NCBI GenBank assembly: GCA_964234715.1
Contig: OZ174280.1
From: Podarcis melisellensis
Lineage: Eukaryota
Strand: one strand, 5' to 3'
Length of the DNA stretch: 64,000 nucleotides
Position numbers and translations under genes: made by a program
The notes under the pieces: generated by a model
Database searches by the model: none
Seen by the model: only the letters and a program-made list of their open reading frames with translations
What the model was told of the DNA's origin: nothing
Shown here: positions 60,891 to 64,000 of the stretch, piece by piece
How positions within the stretch are numbered: the stretch's first letter is position 1
Layout: each line of letters begins with the position of its first letter

Positions 60891-62155
60891 CTTTATCTTT
60901 TCCTTGAGTTATAACTGATCCAGTTGAAAACTTCGTATTGCAGTGCACACACTGAGAAGGGAAGACATCCTGCCAGGACTGAGAATCTGCCTCTTTATCT
61001 ATGGCCTTGCTAATACTTCACGGATTGCATGGCTCTTTCCCCGCCGTCTGTCTCGCCATGTTACCTTTTGGTTTCCACAGCTATTGAGCTGCTGAGTGAG
61101 CATAGTGTTAGAACACTGTTAGCTCTGGCATTGCATGCGCTGGAACAGGGGCACTGTATGGTTAGGCTGAGTTGTCAAACAGCAGGAATATATTATCTAA
61201 GTTCATGGCAATTTATGTGAGTATCAGCTTGCAGCCATTAGAACTCTAATGTGTTTGAAAGACTGTGAGACTGTATTCCAAGAAAACAATATGTGAGTTT
61301 GAAATTGAATGACTTACTAAAGATGTCCCACAGACAAATAATGCATTATGTTGATAGAAACCTGGATGTTTCAACTTTAAACCAACCTAGTTTACTAACC
61401 TATTGGTTCCAAAGTATTAAAAACTTTGTTGGGTCAATCCCGCCTCCTTGGAGCTTCTGAATATTTGCCTGCCATCAGGGAGGCTAGGGCTAGTTCTTGA
61501 AGTAATTCTCAATGCCCTGAAATAATTGTTGTAGCAACCCCATCCCTACCTTCCCTGGACCTACTTAAAAAAGGCCTGTGTGCCCTGACAGAAGGCAAAA
61601 GTGAGACTGTGTCTGGCCAGGAACCTACTGCCATCCATTCCTGGTGGTTAAAATGCCATGTTCAAGTAGATGTTATCACCAGATCAACATGAAGCTGACA
61701 AGTAGAAGCAGGGTCCTGTACGCATCTGTCCCCGACGCTTGTCAACATTTTTATGAAAGCAGATAAGCTGATGTTTGCTTCATTAAATATATTAATATCA
61801 TGCTAATAATCAGGCTACATTGGACAGAAGAAAAGTCTTCATAGATACAGATTCCAATTTTGTGAGAAGTATTATCCATATGAAAAGAGAATAAATACAC
61901 AAGTTTAAATGGGGAAATAATCAGAACCAAGAGAAACTTAATTCATATAAGACGGAAGTACTGTAGGCTGATGGTCCATCTGCATTGGGATGAGATGTGC
62001 AGCCCATTTCTGAACGGGGCTACCCTTCAATTGAAAGGTCAGGCTTATAGTGTATGGGTGCCTTTTCATTTGTTGCTACTTTTTGGAAGATCAGCAGATG
62101 GTAGTGACTACCTTTTAACATTCTGTGCCCTTCCTGGAGAAGTCACACGTGTCAT

Positions 62156-62300
62156 GCTCTAGTCATCTCAGTTGGTAGAGCATGAGACTCTTAATCTCAG
62201 GGTTGTCGGTTCTAGCCCCACGTTGGACAAATGCAGGGGGTTGGACTAGATGACCCTTGTGGTCCCTTCCAACTCTACAGGTCTATGAGTTTATGATTCT
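62156..62300 (+). mobile_element. tRNA-Lys(CTT)-derived SINE with CR1-type tail
   Basis: Head ctcagttggtagagcatgagactcttaatctcagggttgtcggttctagccccacgttgg is near-identical to tRNA-Lys-CTT. Tail gggttggactagatgaccct..ggtcccttccaactct..atgattct is a CR1-type 3' end. Confidence 0.85.
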
Positions 62301-62420
62301 ACCTCCAGGCTCAACTACTATAACACACTGTATGTGAGGCTGCCCATGAATATCTGGGTACTGGTACCATGCTACTGACATAATTAATTGGGGCATATCA
62401 GTACAATCGTATTCCATTTA

Positions 62421-62679
62421 CCGTATTTTTTGCTCTATAAGACTCACTTTTTCCCTCCTAAAAAGTGAGGGGAAATGTGTGTGCGTCTTATGGAGCGAAT
62501 GCAGGATGCACAGCTATCCCAGGAGCCAGAATAGCAAGAGGGATTGCTGCTTTCACTGCACAGTGATCCCTCTTGCTGTTCTGGCTTCAGAGATTCAGAA
62601 TATTTTTTTTCTTGTTTTCCTCCTCCAAAAACTAGGTGCGTCTTCTGGTCTGGTACATCTTATAGAGCGAAAAATACGG
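62421..62679. mobile_element. Tc1/mariner (pogo-like) MITE, CCGTATTTTT family
   Basis: ta|ccgtattttttgctctataaga...tcttatagagcgaaaaatacgg|ta; internal hairpin agccagaatagcaagaggga / tccctcttgctgttctggct. Confidence 0.9.
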
Positions 62680-63768
62680 TACTTGGGTCACCTGTTTGTC
62701 TCTAGTAATAACTGAAGGTGCTGGTTTTAATCTTAATATTGGAGGCCTTGTTCCAGGTGAGCAGCAGGGCATTTTCAGTTATGGTACCAACTTTGTGGAA
62801 TACCCTCCTCAGAAAGGCCTATACCTACAGTATATGGTCACTAAACTGTTTCAGACATTGGGCCAAATCCCAACTGTTTCAAAACGTCTCTGAGTTAAAT
62901 TTAAAACTGTTTGATTGTTGTTGTTTCAGTTCTGTTGGGTTGTTTGCTTGGATTATTATATATTGTTATATTTATGCTGTTTTTTAATTGCTGCTGTAGC
63001 TCTTGCTTTTCCTGTTTTCCCTCTATATATTGTTTCCCTGTTGATTTATGTCTTTCATTGTTCCAGTGATTCTATAGCGTTAGCCATTTTGGGTTGCCTT
63101 TTGACAAGATAAGGCCGGATATAATTTTTTGAAAAAAATAGTAAAGTGGCCAGGCTATTCAGAAGGACATGGATATTTTAATGAAGCACAAATTGATCAC
63201 ACGTCTTCAGCGACTTGCTGTTGTATTACGATAATTGTAACCTAACAAAAACATTTAATCCGGTACTTTAAAAACAATAATACAGATGTGCTTGTTTCTT
63301 TTGCAATAGGTTGTGGTTTTTAATATAATTCTTAAAATTACTGAAAATGCAAGACATTTTGGAGGATGCTTGGTCTGAAGAATAAAGTGTTAAGGCAGTG
63401 AGATTATGGGAGTTGAATAAGGAGGTAGAATACATGATATTTGCTACTGATGTTGAGATAAGAGGTGATGTGAAAGAGATACAAGCAAGGATAAAATTCC
63501 TAACTTTTCAGGAACAAATTCTCTGGCAAACTGCAGAATTGGCTTCATTAGATATCTTGAAATGGAAATGGTTAAGAAACCATCTGAAATTATTTGGTCT
63601 AGCAGATCCTACCTCCTTTCTAGTACATTTAGTTTTTTTCTGTCCATTTTTTATTAAGTGCAGTTTATTAAGTTCAAATCCAGACAAACCTGGATAAGCT
63701 TAAGTATGATTTCGGGAAATGAGTCAGGCTTGAAAACCACAATTTTACATTGTCTTGTTTCCTTAAAC

Positions 63769-63901
63769 CAGGGATGAGAAACTTCCTTACCTTGACAGTT
63801 TTGTTGATCTCTAATTATCATCAGCGGTAGCCATCATGGCCAGTGATCATGGGAGTTATAGTCCAACACTCTCTGGAGGGTCACAGGCTTTCTCATCCCT
63901 G
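63769..63901. mobile_element. Palindromic hAT MITE
   Basis: cagggatgagaaa / tttctcatccctg; TSD ccttaaac/ccttatac. Confidence 0.8.
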
Positions 63902-64000
63902 CCTTATACCAGAGTTGACCACAGTTAATTTAAAATGGAAGGAAAAGTCTCTGGTTTTCTCCTAGTGGCTGTTCCAGGGAGATGCTAAATGTTTAAAGGC

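Larger units (their letters stand above)
61930..63140 (+). mobile_element. Decayed L2-like LINE carrying a nested SINE and MITE
   Basis: acctccaggctcaactactataacacactgtatgtgaggctgccc (TSRLDYCNxLYxGLP-like) and agggcattttcagttatggtaccaactttgtggaatacc (RAFSVxxPTLWN-like), then a T-rich tail. Confidence 0.55.

Noticed and set aside
62156-62228. Functional tRNA-Lys(CTT) gene
   Set aside because: The acceptor stem and T-arm are mutated and it continues directly into a CR1-type tail, so it is a SINE head.

Overview
Vertebrate genomic DNA, inferred to be a squamate and probably a lacertid lizard from the Sauria-SINE and Squam3-like SINEs. The first 18.4 kb holds the 3' half of the leptin receptor gene LEPR on the + strand. 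Ten GT-AG exons (4751-18441) splice into one open frame covering CRH2 (WSDWS), the FNIII domains, the transmembrane helix, Box1 and the long LEPRb tail with all three signalling tyrosines. A separate alternative terminal exon at 13120-13137 (RMDIL*) matches the mammalian short isoform LEPRa. About 27 kb of 3' UTR and repeat-rich intergenic DNA follows. A CpG island at ~45.5-46.7 kb contains an ATG-free first exon ending at a GT donor at 46099/46100; by amniote synteny this is most likely the 5' end of PDE4B, and the rest of the window would be its first intron. Repeats include RTE, L2, CR1 and L1 fragments, tRNA-derived SINEs, and hAT, Tc1/mariner and Harbinger-type MITEs. The most notable non-genic signals are a 154-bp Penelope-type unit carrying a minimal hammerhead-ribozyme motif inside a (TA)n tract (41843-41996) and a decayed Penelope-like RT plus GIY-YIG element (~49.2-50.3 kb). 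Also notable are a non-autonomous bipartite RTE derivative and a young hAT MITE carrying CCCTAA telomere hexamers. Comparisons with human sequences and repeat consensuses are from memory; no search was run.
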